Source: an uncultured virus (IMG/VR IMGVR_UViG_3300006789_000016) (lineage: Duplodnaviria > Heunggongvirae > Uroviricota > Caudoviricetes). From it: 20,000 nt of DNA. The stretch lies in the IMG/VR virus record IMGVR_UViG_3300006789_000016, positions 54,562 to 74,561 of that record. One strand, written 5' to 3'. Position 1 is the stretch's first letter; every line of letters begins with the position of its first letter. Both the position numbers and the translations under genes were made by a program. Under the pieces are notes generated by a model, which did not search any database, was not told the origin of the DNA, and saw nothing but the letters and a program-made list of their open reading frames with translations. Positions 8,003 to 18,021 of this stretch are shown here, piece by piece.

Positions 8003-9976
8003 CTATCTATACCAGCAAACATTGATTGCTACGACACCAACATCACCATCCCAATCATCGTCGGCATGTCCAACAACTCTTGTTAACTTCAACAAGAGTG
8101 GTCCCATTTTAGGACTCTCAAGGTCTTGAATACCAAAATCAACAGTATATATTAAATCTTCAGACGTTCCCATTACCCAACCTGTTTTTGAAATGCTATC
8201 TACATTTACCCATACAGGATTTGCCGTCTGAGCATCTCCTACTGTATCATAGTTTCCACTAGCATGAGGATCCGAAGCATCTAGTTGCCAACGACTACCA
8301 GTGCCCCCAGCGGGCGCTTCAGGCTTTAGGGTAATGTAGACTCTAAACCTAGAAGGATAGTTGTCATCTTCATCCATTGGGACTGTACTATATACATATC
8401 CTGACTCTGCGACTGTTTGGTCATATAGACAGCTTCTCCAAACCATTGCAGGTGGACCGGTGTATTCTGAGTTTGCTGGAGCCGGTCCGGCGGCTGCTGC
8501 AGGCTTCATAATTTGATCAGCATGAATTGTATTGTTGGCAATAAGTTTTTCAAAGACAAAGCCATCTCTTGTAATTTGAACTACATTTCCATTTTCATCT
8601 TGTGTGTATAGTTCAGAATCTCCACTGTCATCTTTTGAATATACTTTTACAGAACCTGTTGTGGCACCAGGATCACCGCTAGATTCTTCTAAGACAATAG
8701 GGACATCTCCCTTCGTAACAAGTTCGTCAATATGAACTTCTACTTTTGCAGATCCGCCATTGTCTGCAACAGAGAATAAAGAAGAGCCTAGTCCAGCAAC
8801 AGTATCTCTGATTTGTACTTGACCGATACCACCAAGAAGACTAATACGGCCATTTGATCCAGCCTGATATGCAGTATTAAGAGACCAACCATTTAGTTCT
8901 GCATCAAGTGCCTGGATGGCTGCTTCGAGGGTTGTCCCATCAGAGACAGTTGCGATTGGGCCAGAGTCACTATAAGTACCAAGGATGTCATCAGCATCAA
9001 GACCATGAGGGTTTATTGCTGTTTGGGCCGCGGACCCCTTAGAGTCAATATGAGCTGCAAGAGAAATAATATTGGAATCATATCCTGGAGCAACTCCTGC
9101 ATCTGTATTCCACACCCCACCTCTTAACCGAGCCAGCTCCCACCGAAGTCTATTGAGATCATCTTCGAGTGTTGTTACTGTACCAACCCTATTTAAAATA
9201 GTATAATCTACAGAATTATCTACACCCGTTTGGGGAATCAACTCATCGTAAACAAGGTCACTAGTATTGGTCGTATGAGACAAGGTAATATCATTAGATG
9301 AAATTAGGCCTGTTGCATAGCTAGAACCACCATGAACTGCTAAAAGTGCTTCAACCATCTCTAGAACAGAGTTTGATAAGTCTCTATTCCCATCACAGTC
9401 AAGGACATAGTCATTTCCAAAGACATCTTTGCTCAACTGAGTGAGATTGAGTTCTGCACAGCTAAGTCGACCATCCATCGAAGTAGAAGAGCTAGAGGCA
9501 GTGCTATCAAATGCTTTTGATCCGATATAGGCTTTGGTATAAGAACTAATTCCTGTTACTGATCCAATCTGTGCCTCTAAAGAAGCAATAGATGTATCAA
9601 GCTGATTAGAAAGCTTGATAAAGCTTTCTTTGATTGTCGCTCGACGATTTCCCTCAAAGAACAAATACATTGTTCCTTGATCTGCAATTGTAGAATTGCT
9701 TAAAGCGATATTTCCATCAGTCCAAATATGATCACCACCCAAACCATAAACAGCAGCATCTAGAGAAGCTGTTAATAATGGTTTCTCATCATCATCAGCT
9801 CCACGAGGCAAAGCACTCAGTAAAGGAACAAGGGTGTTGTTGTGAAAATTTTGAAGTTCAGTTAGGTCCGCAGCAATCTCTACGAGAGAAGAGTTTAACT
9901 GTTTCATCGGGAAAGCTCCACCAGAAACGAGTCTTACTGACCGTGATCTAGGAACAATAGTTTTTATCTTTGACAT
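8003..9976 (-). CDS. Putative fibre/adhesin-like virion structural protein
   Basis: Acidic and S/T/G-rich; short coiled-coil segments (LDTSIASLEAQI, LEDDLNRLRWELARL, LEAAIQALDAEL), an NPHG motif, SLNTAYQAG, and a beta-rich C-terminal domain; no signal peptide. Confidence 0.6.
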   Translation of the reverse strand: MSKIKTIVPRSRSVRLVSGGAFPMKQLNSSLVEIAADLTELQNFHNNTLVPLLSALPRGADDDEKPLLTASLDAAVYGLGGDHIWTDGNIALSNSTIADQGTMYLFFEGNRRATIKESFIKLSNQLDTSIASLEAQIGSVTGISSYTKAYIGSKAFDSTASSSSTSMDGRLSCAELNLTQLSKDVFGNDYVLDCDGNRDLSNSVLEMVEALLAVHGGSSYATGLISSNDITLSHTTNTSDLVYDELIPQTGVDNSVDYTILNRVGTVTTLEDDLNRLRWELARLRGGVWNTDAGVAPGYDSNIISLAAHIDSKGSAAQTAINPHGLDADDILGTYSDSGPIATVSDGTTLEAAIQALDAELNGWSLNTAYQAGSNGRISLLGGIGQVQIRDTVAGLGSSLFSVADNGGSAKVEVHIDELVTKGDVPIVLEESSGDPGATTGSVKVYSKDDSGDSELYTQDENGNVVQITRDGFVFEKLIANNTIHADQIMKPAAAAGPAPANSEYTGPPAMVWRSCLYDQTVAESGYVYSTVPMDEDDNYPSRFRVYITLKPEAPAGGTGSRWQLDASDPHASGNYDTVGDAQTANPVWVNVDSISKTGWVMGTSEDLIYTVDFGIQDLESPKMGPLLLKLTRVVGHADDDWDGDVGVVAINVCWYR

Positions 9977-9983
9977 AACTTCC

Positions 9984-12038
9984 TTATCCCAACTTTAGTA
10001 AGAACCCCTCAAGGGCTGGAGATACTTCAGCATTGTTGGTTTGTAACTTAGCTCTGAATACAATTGTATCAAAAGTCTTATCTCTGAGCTTATATTCCAC
10101 CAGATATTTTTCATTTATATAATCTGCATCTTCTGCATTAATCTTAATAAGAAAGATTATATTTCCATCATTGTCTAAAGTTCTACTATAGACAAGTCTG
10201 TCGGTATCTGATCTGCCAGAAAAAGCCGTAGACCCTTCGTAGACACCAAGTCCTTCTGCAAAAACGTCAGCACCAGCATAAGTCTTTTCGTCAGTCCAAC
10301 CAGAAGGGTAACTATATCCTTCGATAAGTAATTTATGATTGTAAGGATAGAGACTGTCTTTAGATTTCAGATCATCTAAGTCTGTAGCTGCTACAACTGT
10401 TAGCCAGTTGTTTGTTGTTGTCTTTATAGTGTGTCGGCCTTGAGTTAATGTAACAACTCCACTAGAGGTGACATCATTAATGGTTATTTCTGAAGACCCA
10501 AAATCTATTTGCAACCCATCTGTTGCTCGTATGTCTACAACAGTAGATACAAAACCTTCTTCCTCGTGACTCCATCCTCGAGATTTTCCTCGAACAGTTG
10601 TCTCAGAACCCTTTTCTCCTGTATTTCTCCAAAATACAATTGAATCTGTATCTAAATTGTCAACATCTGAACTTGAAATATAAAAGTTAGTAACTCCGTC
10701 ATCTTTGTTTGTTAAAGTATACGAAGCTGTCTGGTTATAATCCAGAGCAGTAACCCCTAAGGTAGAATCATGTCCTACTGTTGCATCGCTGGACTTTACT
10801 GTTACTGCATCACTAAAATCAATGATGTTTGAATATGTAGCATTTTCTCTTTCAAGAGGAGATATTGATAAATAGGTTGCCCCATTATCTACCGAAACAT
10901 AATAAAGAATATCAGTGTCTTCTGGTAAGCTTTCACAAACAGAACAGGCTACCTTTTGAAAAGTCTTTTTGTTTCCATCACCATCTAAAACAGATAAAGG
11001 AGTTGACTCTACAAGATAAGTATTCTCAGTGTTGAATTTTGTTTTGTACAAAGCTAGCAACTTAAGACCTATTTCATAGACATAGTTTCCATTACTGTTC
11101 TTGTCATCAGCCCCGGCCTTTGTAATCAATAGTTTAATAAAGCGAGCCTCGACTTCAGGAAAAGTCCATGTAGCTCCAGTCGTAACTAATTGAGTACTAT
11201 TTGTTGTGGGGGCCAAGTCATAGTCAACACCATTCGAAGAATAAAACAGAGAGACTGTGAAACCACTAACGGCTGTAGAGCCTGCCATCTGAATACTAAC
11301 TCGGTTGATAGTCTTAGTTTCTGGGAGTTTAGCAACATAGGATACAGTTACTGTTCCCTGTGTACTTAATTGAACATAGTGTAACCACTGAGTATTCTCA
11401 TCGGAAAGAGCCTTTATGGCTTCAAAATTATCGCCGGCCGCAGACGAGACTAATCCAGACCCAGAAGCCTGAATACCTACATCAGTGCTCTGCACTTCTC
11501 CTAAATCAATTCTTTCATAGTCATCACTGTCAATGTTTGCTTCTCCAACTGAGATAATTCCATTTGTAGTATCAACAAAGGCAGTTGTCGCTGACATCTC
11601 AAGACTATCGACAGTTAAGAAATCATCACTTACATAATTAAAATAGCCCAGAGTGTCTTGCTCCATAAGTAACAAAGAGTCAATTCGATCCTCAACAGAT
11701 TCAAGAGTACGGCGCAAAGTTAAGTAATTGGAAGACCATTTTTTGTTCTTGCTCAAAATCTCTTTTTCTAGATCTTCGATTGTTTCCCACAAAGCCTCAG
11801 AGTCTACTGTATAGCGGTGTAGCATTTCATTTGTTTTGCTCGCAGAGCTTTCCTCTGCAAAAGCAACACTGGAATCTTTGAATCTGAAGAGTGGTCTTTC
11901 TCCTAGTCTAGGATAAGTCTTTTGTAGTTCTTCAAATTCTTCAAGCAAATCATCAGCAAATGGAACTTCTCCATCTTTGAGATGCTCTAGCAAAAGTTCA
12001 GACAATAGTATGTCGTTATATTTAGATCCCAAAGACAT
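9984..12038 (-). CDS. Putative structural protein, paralog 3 (coiled coil plus discoidin/galactose-binding-like domain)
   Basis: Helical N-terminus, then KALSDENTQW, LPETKTINRVSI, YSSNGVDY, FPEVEARFIKLLI (F5/8-type-C-like); ends SPALEGFLLKLG. Confidence 0.65.
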   Translation of the reverse strand: MSLGSKYNDILLSELLLEHLKDGEVPFADDLLEEFEELQKTYPRLGERPLFRFKDSSVAFAEESSASKTNEMLHRYTVDSEALWETIEDLEKEILSKNKKWSSNYLTLRRTLESVEDRIDSLLLMEQDTLGYFNYVSDDFLTVDSLEMSATTAFVDTTNGIISVGEANIDSDDYERIDLGEVQSTDVGIQASGSGLVSSAAGDNFEAIKALSDENTQWLHYVQLSTQGTVTVSYVAKLPETKTINRVSIQMAGSTAVSGFTVSLFYSSNGVDYDLAPTTNSTQLVTTGATWTFPEVEARFIKLLITKAGADDKNSNGNYVYEIGLKLLALYKTKFNTENTYLVESTPLSVLDGDGNKKTFQKVACSVCESLPEDTDILYYVSVDNGATYLSISPLERENATYSNIIDFSDAVTVKSSDATVGHDSTLGVTALDYNQTASYTLTNKDDGVTNFYISSSDVDNLDTDSIVFWRNTGEKGSETTVRGKSRGWSHEEEGFVSTVVDIRATDGLQIDFGSSEITINDVTSSGVVTLTQGRHTIKTTTNNWLTVVAATDLDDLKSKDSLYPYNHKLLIEGYSYPSGWTDEKTYAGADVFAEGLGVYEGSTAFSGRSDTDRLVYSRTLDNDGNIIFLIKINAEDADYINEKYLVEYKLRDKTFDTIVFRAKLQTNNAEVSPALEGFLLKLG

Positions 12039-15000
12039 TAGATCATTCCTTCTGTAAGTACTCTAAATCTGATATCTCTCACTATCGGAGAGAAGTAGGG
12101 GGCAAGCTCCTTCAGCTCTTCTTCTGAAAGTGGAACATATTCATAACTATATTTGATACTTCCTTTCTTTAGTCGTGTTGTTTCGAGTGAGATAGTGTTT
12201 GCTTCTAAGTCTACCTCTACATCATCAGCTGGAATCTTCTTGGCAACTATGTAGTGGAATTGGTATTTAGAATATTTATAAGTAATATCTACAGAGTCAG
12301 TGACTGTCCATTTGCAATAGATCAGTCCAGTTGCATAGTTTACACTATAGGCTCCATTTCCTGGAGCTTCTCCAGAGGCGAAGGCATAGGTCGCTGTAGT
12401 CCCTTCTGGAATACCGCTACCCCCTAGATTTACTGTTACTAACCCTGTCGCTGGCTCCGAGTAATAGTTTCCAACAGAACCACTAACTGCTGCTGCAGTG
12501 CTTACTGGAGTTGTAAAAACAGAAGCATCCGAATACTTTACTCCATAGGTTGCGATGAATGCGTCGCCGTTGTTTATTGAAAAAGTATAAACACCAGAAG
12601 CCCCAGTAGAAACAAGATTTTCTGTTTGTACAGCAACCGCATTGTTTAATTCAGTATAGCCATCAATAAAGTCTACTTCTTCTGGAGTGTAAATATCAAA
12701 GATGCCATCTCCCAAACTGATTGTTCCAGGGATTACAGCCTTCTGAGAAAGACGAATAAGTTTTCCAGAACTGCTGCTTACATTTGCAACATGGGCTCCT
12801 GCAACTGACTTTCCATTTTTATCGAAAGGCTCTCGTGCTGCCCCAGTTGTATCTGTCCATTCTTGACTAACAAAAGCATCAGAAGGGATATAGACAGTAT
12901 TGTAGTTTCCGGAGTCTCCTTGTCTAATCTCATACTCTTCTGCCTCAGAAACTGTATATGCTTTATAGGTGATTGTCGTTACTCTGTCTTCTGCTGCTGG
13001 TTTTGAGGAAGTGAGGATGCCCTTCTCATAATCAATATGATAATCTCCTGTACTAGAAACATCAGCTAAATCTGCTTCGAGAGTAACATAGCTCGTTGCA
13101 GCCAATGCACCCAAGAAGTTTCTTTCTTCAATTTGAACAGTAGAACTATCAATGGGGGCTTGTTTAAGAGAAATCTCGTCTTCACCAACAGGGAGGATTT
13201 CTGTAATAGAAGAGGCTGGAGGCGTCGTTAGCTCAAGCTTGCAGCTTTTCTTGTCTCCATCTGAAGGAAGTGCTAGGAGAGCTGTATAGCCACCATCAAC
13301 TACAGAAAAAGCAAGAGTCTCTGGAGTCAACCCAGCAGTAATAAAGGCACCGGCCCTAGGGCTGGCACTGTTTCCTGTATTCGTTCTTATATCGCCATCG
13401 CCAAAAATGACATAGCCGCTGTTGTCAATGTAGAATGATTGACTCCCGGCACCTGCAGCATCGAGAGTACTTTCTGCATTAACTCTAGTCCAGGCTTTTC
13501 CAGCAACATATACAGTTACGTCAGACTTCAAGATTGAAGACTTTGGGAAAATGTCAAAAGGAAGCTTAACTCTTAGAGGCCCACCAGTACCTCTAGCGAT
13601 AACAAATCTTCCTTTGGCAAAATCATCATCTCCACGAGACCCGACGGGACTCTCAAATATATATACAACATCAGAGGCCAATGTTTTTGACGGAGTAATT
13701 GTTGCAGGAGAAGAGTCTAAGGAGACTTTAGAGAGTTCAAAAGCTACAGGGTTGCTTCCTGCTCCTTCAAACAAAGAGCTAAGCTCTTCAAACTTTTCAG
13801 AGTTTCGAGAAAGAGAAATCCTATATCTTAGGTTTTGATAGCCATTCCCTGTATCGTAGGTAACAATTTCCTCTTCTGAAACAGAAGACTCTAGTGGGTA
13901 GATGTCATTCCACGTATTTCCATCATCTACTGTCACACTAAAGGCTACTTCCCCAATCTCATTAGTTGTCGGAATGTAAGCAGAGAGAAGGCCCAGTTTC
14001 CACAGAGGAGCATTGAGAGAAAGAGAGCTAGAAACTATTTCGCCAGAGTCTTCATATTGTACACTGTAAACATCTATCGACTTAACGCCAATGGCCAATC
14101 TATTTTTTACTCCACTACTGGTTTCAATTCCTACTGGGTATTTTTGAACAAGAGTACAGGAAACATACTTGGCCCTTCGTGGGAGAAAGGGATAAGTGAA
14201 CACGCCCTTGTAATTAGCAGATTCTGGAGAAACAGTGTAGAAAGTATCCTCAGACTCGTCTAGGTAATCTGCCAGCGGAGCATCTCCACGTATAGTCGTC
14301 CAAGATGTCCCGTCAGTTGAAACTTTAATATCTTCAATAACCACACCCTCGAGTGTTCCAAAGTTTACTGGATCAATAAAGATCTGATTAATTATCCTTT
14401 CACTCTCTAATTCCAGAATCAACCGTACCGTTAGCGGATCTGAAGTCTCATCTGTATAGTAAGTCTTTTCAAATTCTACCCAAGTGTCTGCATTTTGGTC
14501 ACCAATGTTCCCTAAATTAGATTGGGCGCCATACTGATTATTTGTATCTTCGTTGTTTCCAAGAACACCATTTGTTGTGTTTTCGTCTAGTTTGATTTTC
14601 TTTACGTTGATAACAGTAGAGGACACAATTGGAAGAGAAACAAAAGCACCGCTTGTATTTACTTCCGCCTCTGTCGCTCCAAGAAGCTCTGACTCTATGT
14701 CAATATTTTCTGTAGTGCTAAAATTGTCTCCCAGGGCAAAACCAATATCCCCTAGATAGATTTTATAATCAGCAAGCTTCCCGTCCGTCCTCCGTAAACG
14801 CCCCAAAAGATCATCAAGTTCAGAGACTTGTCTGTTAAAACTAGACACAGCAAGTTTATCTAATGCTTGTAAATGGATGTAGAGAAGAATTAAGTCCTGT
14901 CTAATACGAGAAAGGATTTTATTCCATTCCTTGTAATCAGCATATGTTCCAGCTGATACTTTTGGCGCTTCTTTGAATCTAACTCTGTTCGAGATTTCTC

Positions 15001-15154
15001 GATAAGCTGTCATCAGTTCACCAAAGGTTTTGCTTAGTTCTTCTTCTGTCCTAACGTCTCCTGTTCTAAAAGACTTTACTAATTCTCCCAAAACAAGAGA
15101 AACCTTCTGTTTGAGTACTTTAGAGGATTCATCAAGATATTTATTCTGACTCAT
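12038..15154 (-). CDS. Putative baseplate-associated structural protein, paralog 2, with inserted wedge-like and YxxDYxxG repeat domains
   Basis: Same N-terminal coiled coil and discoidin-like domain (VSTDGTSWT, FLPRRAKYV) as its neighbours; internal VTVYVAGKAWTRV...FYIDNSGYVIFGDG; ends SPIVRDIRF. Confidence 0.65.
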   Translation of the reverse strand: MSQNKYLDESSKVLKQKVSLVLGELVKSFRTGDVRTEEELSKTFGELMTAYREISNRVRFKEAPKVSAGTYADYKEWNKILSRIRQDLILLYIHLQALDKLAVSSFNRQVSELDDLLGRLRRTDGKLADYKIYLGDIGFALGDNFSTTENIDIESELLGATEAEVNTSGAFVSLPIVSSTVINVKKIKLDENTTNGVLGNNEDTNNQYGAQSNLGNIGDQNADTWVEFEKTYYTDETSDPLTVRLILELESERIINQIFIDPVNFGTLEGVVIEDIKVSTDGTSWTTIRGDAPLADYLDESEDTFYTVSPESANYKGVFTYPFLPRRAKYVSCTLVQKYPVGIETSSGVKNRLAIGVKSIDVYSVQYEDSGEIVSSSLSLNAPLWKLGLLSAYIPTTNEIGEVAFSVTVDDGNTWNDIYPLESSVSEEEIVTYDTGNGYQNLRYRISLSRNSEKFEELSSLFEGAGSNPVAFELSKVSLDSSPATITPSKTLASDVVYIFESPVGSRGDDDFAKGRFVIARGTGGPLRVKLPFDIFPKSSILKSDVTVYVAGKAWTRVNAESTLDAAGAGSQSFYIDNSGYVIFGDGDIRTNTGNSASPRAGAFITAGLTPETLAFSVVDGGYTALLALPSDGDKKSCKLELTTPPASSITEILPVGEDEISLKQAPIDSSTVQIEERNFLGALAATSYVTLEADLADVSSTGDYHIDYEKGILTSSKPAAEDRVTTITYKAYTVSEAEEYEIRQGDSGNYNTVYIPSDAFVSQEWTDTTGAAREPFDKNGKSVAGAHVANVSSSSGKLIRLSQKAVIPGTISLGDGIFDIYTPEEVDFIDGYTELNNAVAVQTENLVSTGASGVYTFSINNGDAFIATYGVKYSDASVFTTPVSTAAAVSGSVGNYYSEPATGLVTVNLGGSGIPEGTTATYAFASGEAPGNGAYSVNYATGLIYCKWTVTDSVDITYKYSKYQFHYIVAKKIPADDVEVDLEANTISLETTRLKKGSIKYSYEYVPLSEEELKELAPYFSPIVRDIRFRVLTEGMI

Positions 15155-17012
15155 TAGTTTCCTCCTGTGCTAAAAGAGTATAGTCGAAAACAATTGGCGT
15201 TTCTCTTGTAAAACTAAAATCTAGACTCCTTGTAATGATGACCATATACAAATGGCTATAGGAAACAGATTCATCTGAAGAATAAGTGTAAGTGATTGCT
15301 CTTGAACCAAGCTTGGCTGTTTGGCTTGCATTTAAATCTTTATCTGTAGCTGCTGTGTAAGAAGTTGTATAGACAGAAGAGATGATCGGGGTCAAAATCT
15401 TTACCCTTAATTCTGGAGGTGGGCCTCCAACCGCGGCAGCTTCAAGATCCGTTAGTGTTGAGTAGTAATTCAGACCATCAACAGACAACTGATAATCAGT
15501 TCCAACAGCTAGTTCAATAAAATCTTGATAAACTTTTACCGTATTGAAGGTAGGGAAGAACCTAGTCTTTGACACACCATTATTTAGCGTAAGAACTTCA
15601 TGCGTTACACTATCTGCAGAAACAGGAATTGGCGTTCTCTCTAATGAAACAAAAAGTCCCGAGCTGTCATAATTGAGTTTAGCTATATAAAACTCAATAG
15701 CATCAAGTGGATTTCCATTAGATGCTAAAGAATTCTCAATTGCTGCAGTAGCATATACTTCTTTTAGTCGTCCTGTAGAAACAATCGGACTTGAAGAAAC
15801 ATAAATACCTAAGTCTTGGAATGAGTTCTCTCCACACTCGACAAAGTCATATCCTAGAGTATAGAAATAACCTCGCGCATACTTGTCGGTTTCTCCACCG
15901 CTCCCAACGGTGATTCCTTCTACTCCTCCTGCATCCATAAGGTCTTGGATTTCAGCAATGTCTTCTGGAGTGTCTGAGTAGTAAAAGTCTGCAATCTCGC
16001 TATAGCTTTTCTGTGAAGCTGTTACTCTTATAGATTCTGCAACTACTCTAGAGAAAGTAAAGGTAACTTTCTCCGTGATCGCTTGTGGTGTAGAAAGAAT
16101 ATAATAAGAATTCCCATCAACATCTTGATAGGAGATACTTTCAATAGTCATTGATGTATCTGTGACAGGAGACAAAGTAATATAATTGATTTGTTGCGCA
16201 CCGCTTAAAGTAAATTCTACAGTTAAGTCAACGCCATCACTTGGAGGAGTTGTTTTCTCTCCACCTTCGTCTTGGTCTACAAGAATAATAGGGTGAACCC
16301 AAAACTTTCCATCACTATCTGAATATAAATTCGTTATAGAGTTATCGTCTGGCTCCATATCTAAATCAGATTCTGTTGTGTCATTTCCTTCAATGACATC
16401 AACTACTGTGATAGTGGCTTTTGTTGTCTCTCCACTCAGGGGTAAGGTAAGTCCCTCTGCTGCAACATCCACAGTGCTTATTTGAGAATCAGAAAGCAAG
16501 GCTCCAGATCTTGGGTCTACATATAATAGTTTTCCAATCTCAGTATCATATTCATAAGATCCAGCTTTGAGGGTATTGAAAGTATTATAATCAATTAACC
16601 CATAGTCTGGTTCTGTAGTTAGGATCTCATATCGACTGATTTCTGTATCAAGTCGAGCTAATGAGTTTTTTAAATCTGTCAGTTTTTTACTAAAAAGTTC
16701 TCTGTGAGAAATACTCAAATCACAAAACCCCTGAACTCTGTCAAACAGAACACCCAGGTCATTGTCAATATACTTTACTAAAGTATTGTAATACTCTGAA
16801 GTTATCTGATCTAAGGGAGTGACATTCTTTTCGCTAGCTGTCAAAGGACGTGATAAATTTCCACTCTTTTCAACAAGAGAGTCTAGTGCTGTTTTGAAAT
16901 CAGCAAGATTTGATATCTTGCTACCAGCAAGCTCTTCTTGTAATAAAGTTTCTATCTCTGCTTTTTGGGCCCCACTAAGGTTACTAGCGAAACCCTCCAA
17001 TAGACGTGCCAT
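15141..17012 (-). CDS. Putative structural protein, paralog 1 (coiled coil plus discoidin-like domain)
   Basis: Helical N-terminus, NLYSDSDGKFW, LSGAQQINYITLSP, FTFSRVVAESIRV; ends TPIVFDYTL; very acidic and S/T-rich. Confidence 0.65.
   Translation of the reverse strand: MARLLEGFASNLSGAQKAEIETLLQEELAGSKISNLADFKTALDSLVEKSGNLSRPLTASEKNVTPLDQITSEYYNTLVKYIDNDLGVLFDRVQGFCDLSISHRELFSKKLTDLKNSLARLDTEISRYEILTTEPDYGLIDYNTFNTLKAGSYEYDTEIGKLLYVDPRSGALLSDSQISTVDVAAEGLTLPLSGETTKATITVVDVIEGNDTTESDLDMEPDDNSITNLYSDSDGKFWVHPIILVDQDEGGEKTTPPSDGVDLTVEFTLSGAQQINYITLSPVTDTSMTIESISYQDVDGNSYYILSTPQAITEKVTFTFSRVVAESIRVTASQKSYSEIADFYYSDTPEDIAEIQDLMDAGGVEGITVGSGGETDKYARGYFYTLGYDFVECGENSFQDLGIYVSSSPIVSTGRLKEVYATAAIENSLASNGNPLDAIEFYIAKLNYDSSGLFVSLERTPIPVSADSVTHEVLTLNNGVSKTRFFPTFNTVKVYQDFIELAVGTDYQLSVDGLNYYSTLTDLEAAAVGGPPPELRVKILTPIISSVYTTSYTAATDKDLNASQTAKLGSRAITYTYSSDESVSYSHLYMVIITRSLDFSFTRETPIVFDYTLLAQEETNESE
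15161..15166 (-). promoter_or_regulatory. Shine-Dalgarno AGGAGG for the 1038-aa gene
   Basis: Minus strand reads CAGGAGGAAACTAATG; 6 nt spacing to the ATG at 15154. Confidence 0.75.
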
Positions 17013-17461
17013 TAAGCCTCTTCATAGATTAAATCTATTTGGAAATAGAGACGGCGAGCAGTCTCACTTGAGGGCGGTGTTACTTTAAAAGTAATCTCTA
17101 CACTTTCTCCAGGGCTAATCCCTGTTGATGTAGTCGGACCAATAGATAGTGGAATCGCGTTTGAGGTCTTGTCACCTACACCAAATTGAAATTGAGTTGT
17201 TGTTACATTCTGCACAATGCTCAATCCTTCTCCTGTTGTAGCTCCCCAAGTCAATAGATCGAACCAATCCTGAACAAGACCTTGTCCTGAGGGTTTGGTT
17301 ACTTCTCCTTCCAAGTCAGCTACACTCAAATAAAATCCTAAAGAACTAGCTATACTATCTCCAGTATTTTTGAGAGTAAAAGCATAAGATTGATTTGCTG
17401 TATTTGCAAAAGGCTCCTCAACCAGGGAGCCAGATTGAGACCATTCTAATGTTACTGCCAT
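17012..17461 (-). CDS. Small Ig-like beta-sandwich protein, probably structural
   Basis: FTLKNTG...ISPGESVEITFKV pattern typical of CARDB/DUF11-like Ig folds; TAATG-coupled on both sides. Confidence 0.6.
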   Translation of the reverse strand: MAVTLEWSQSGSLVEEPFANTANQSYAFTLKNTGDSIASSLGFYLSVADLEGEVTKPSGQGLVQDWFDLLTWGATTGEGLSIVQNVTTTQFQFGVGDKTSNAIPLSIGPTTSTGISPGESVEITFKVTPPSSETARRLYFQIDLIYEEA

Positions 17462-18021
17462 TAAAGCACCTTTGCCCCGTACACTGTACTCGATGGGCTT
17501 TCAATTTCACCCAAGCTCAATGCATGAATCTTAAAGTAATAAGTTACATCTTGTGTTAAGCCACAGTTTCTATACTCATTATACCCATAAGTTGTTCCGT
17601 CTACGGTTGCAATCTTTTCAAACTTTTTATCAATATAAAGAGAACGATAGATTATAAATCTATAAGTTGGATCTTCTAGCTCCCAACGTAATTTAACACA
17701 GCCTGATTCTGGAGTTATAGAAATAAATTCAGGAATGACGCCATCGTAAATAATCACAGGATACTCGCCTGCACTCATATGTTTTTCTATAAGGTTTCTT
17801 ATAGCCTTCTTTTCTAGATCTCCACCATACTCTTTAAGAAGTGTATAGGGAACACGGATAACATGAGTAGCATATTTAGGATAAGAGTATCCTCCAGAAG
17901 GAGAGATAGGAGGAGTATAAGCTAATTTATAGTTAACGAGGAGCGCCTCTTCTAAATTGTTTGTTTCAACGCCGCCACCATTGCTTCTGGCATCAATAAA
18001 AACTGCATCGCCACCAGCCAT
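17461..18021 (-). CDS. Putative structural protein with a C-terminal fibronectin type III domain
   Basis: Residues from about 96 to 186 read VKLRW...FIIYRS...Y..CGLTQDVTYYFKIHAL...ESPSS, matching the FN3 consensus. The N-terminal domain contains IDARSNGGG. Confidence 0.75.
   Translation of the reverse strand: MAGGDAVFIDARSNGGGVETNNLEEALLVNYKLAYTPPISPSGGYSYPKYATHVIRVPYTLLKEYGGDLEKKAIRNLIEKHMSAGEYPVIIYDGVIPEFISITPESGCVKLRWELEDPTYRFIIYRSLYIDKKFEKIATVDGTTYGYNEYRNCGLTQDVTYYFKIHALSLGEIESPSSTVYGAKVL

Noticed and set aside
8000..8005. Possible TAG stop-codon reassignment (the only TAG stop is immediately followed by TAA)
   Set aside because: All genes are intact and tightly packed under the standard code, with no in-frame TAG or TGA interruptions; a single tandem stop is not evidence.
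9984..15154. Asp-box-like motifs (VTVDDGNTW, VSVDNGATY, VSTDGTSW) suggesting a sialidase/BNR propeller
   Set aside because: Only one or two per protein and not regularly spaced; better explained as hairpins in beta-sandwich domains.
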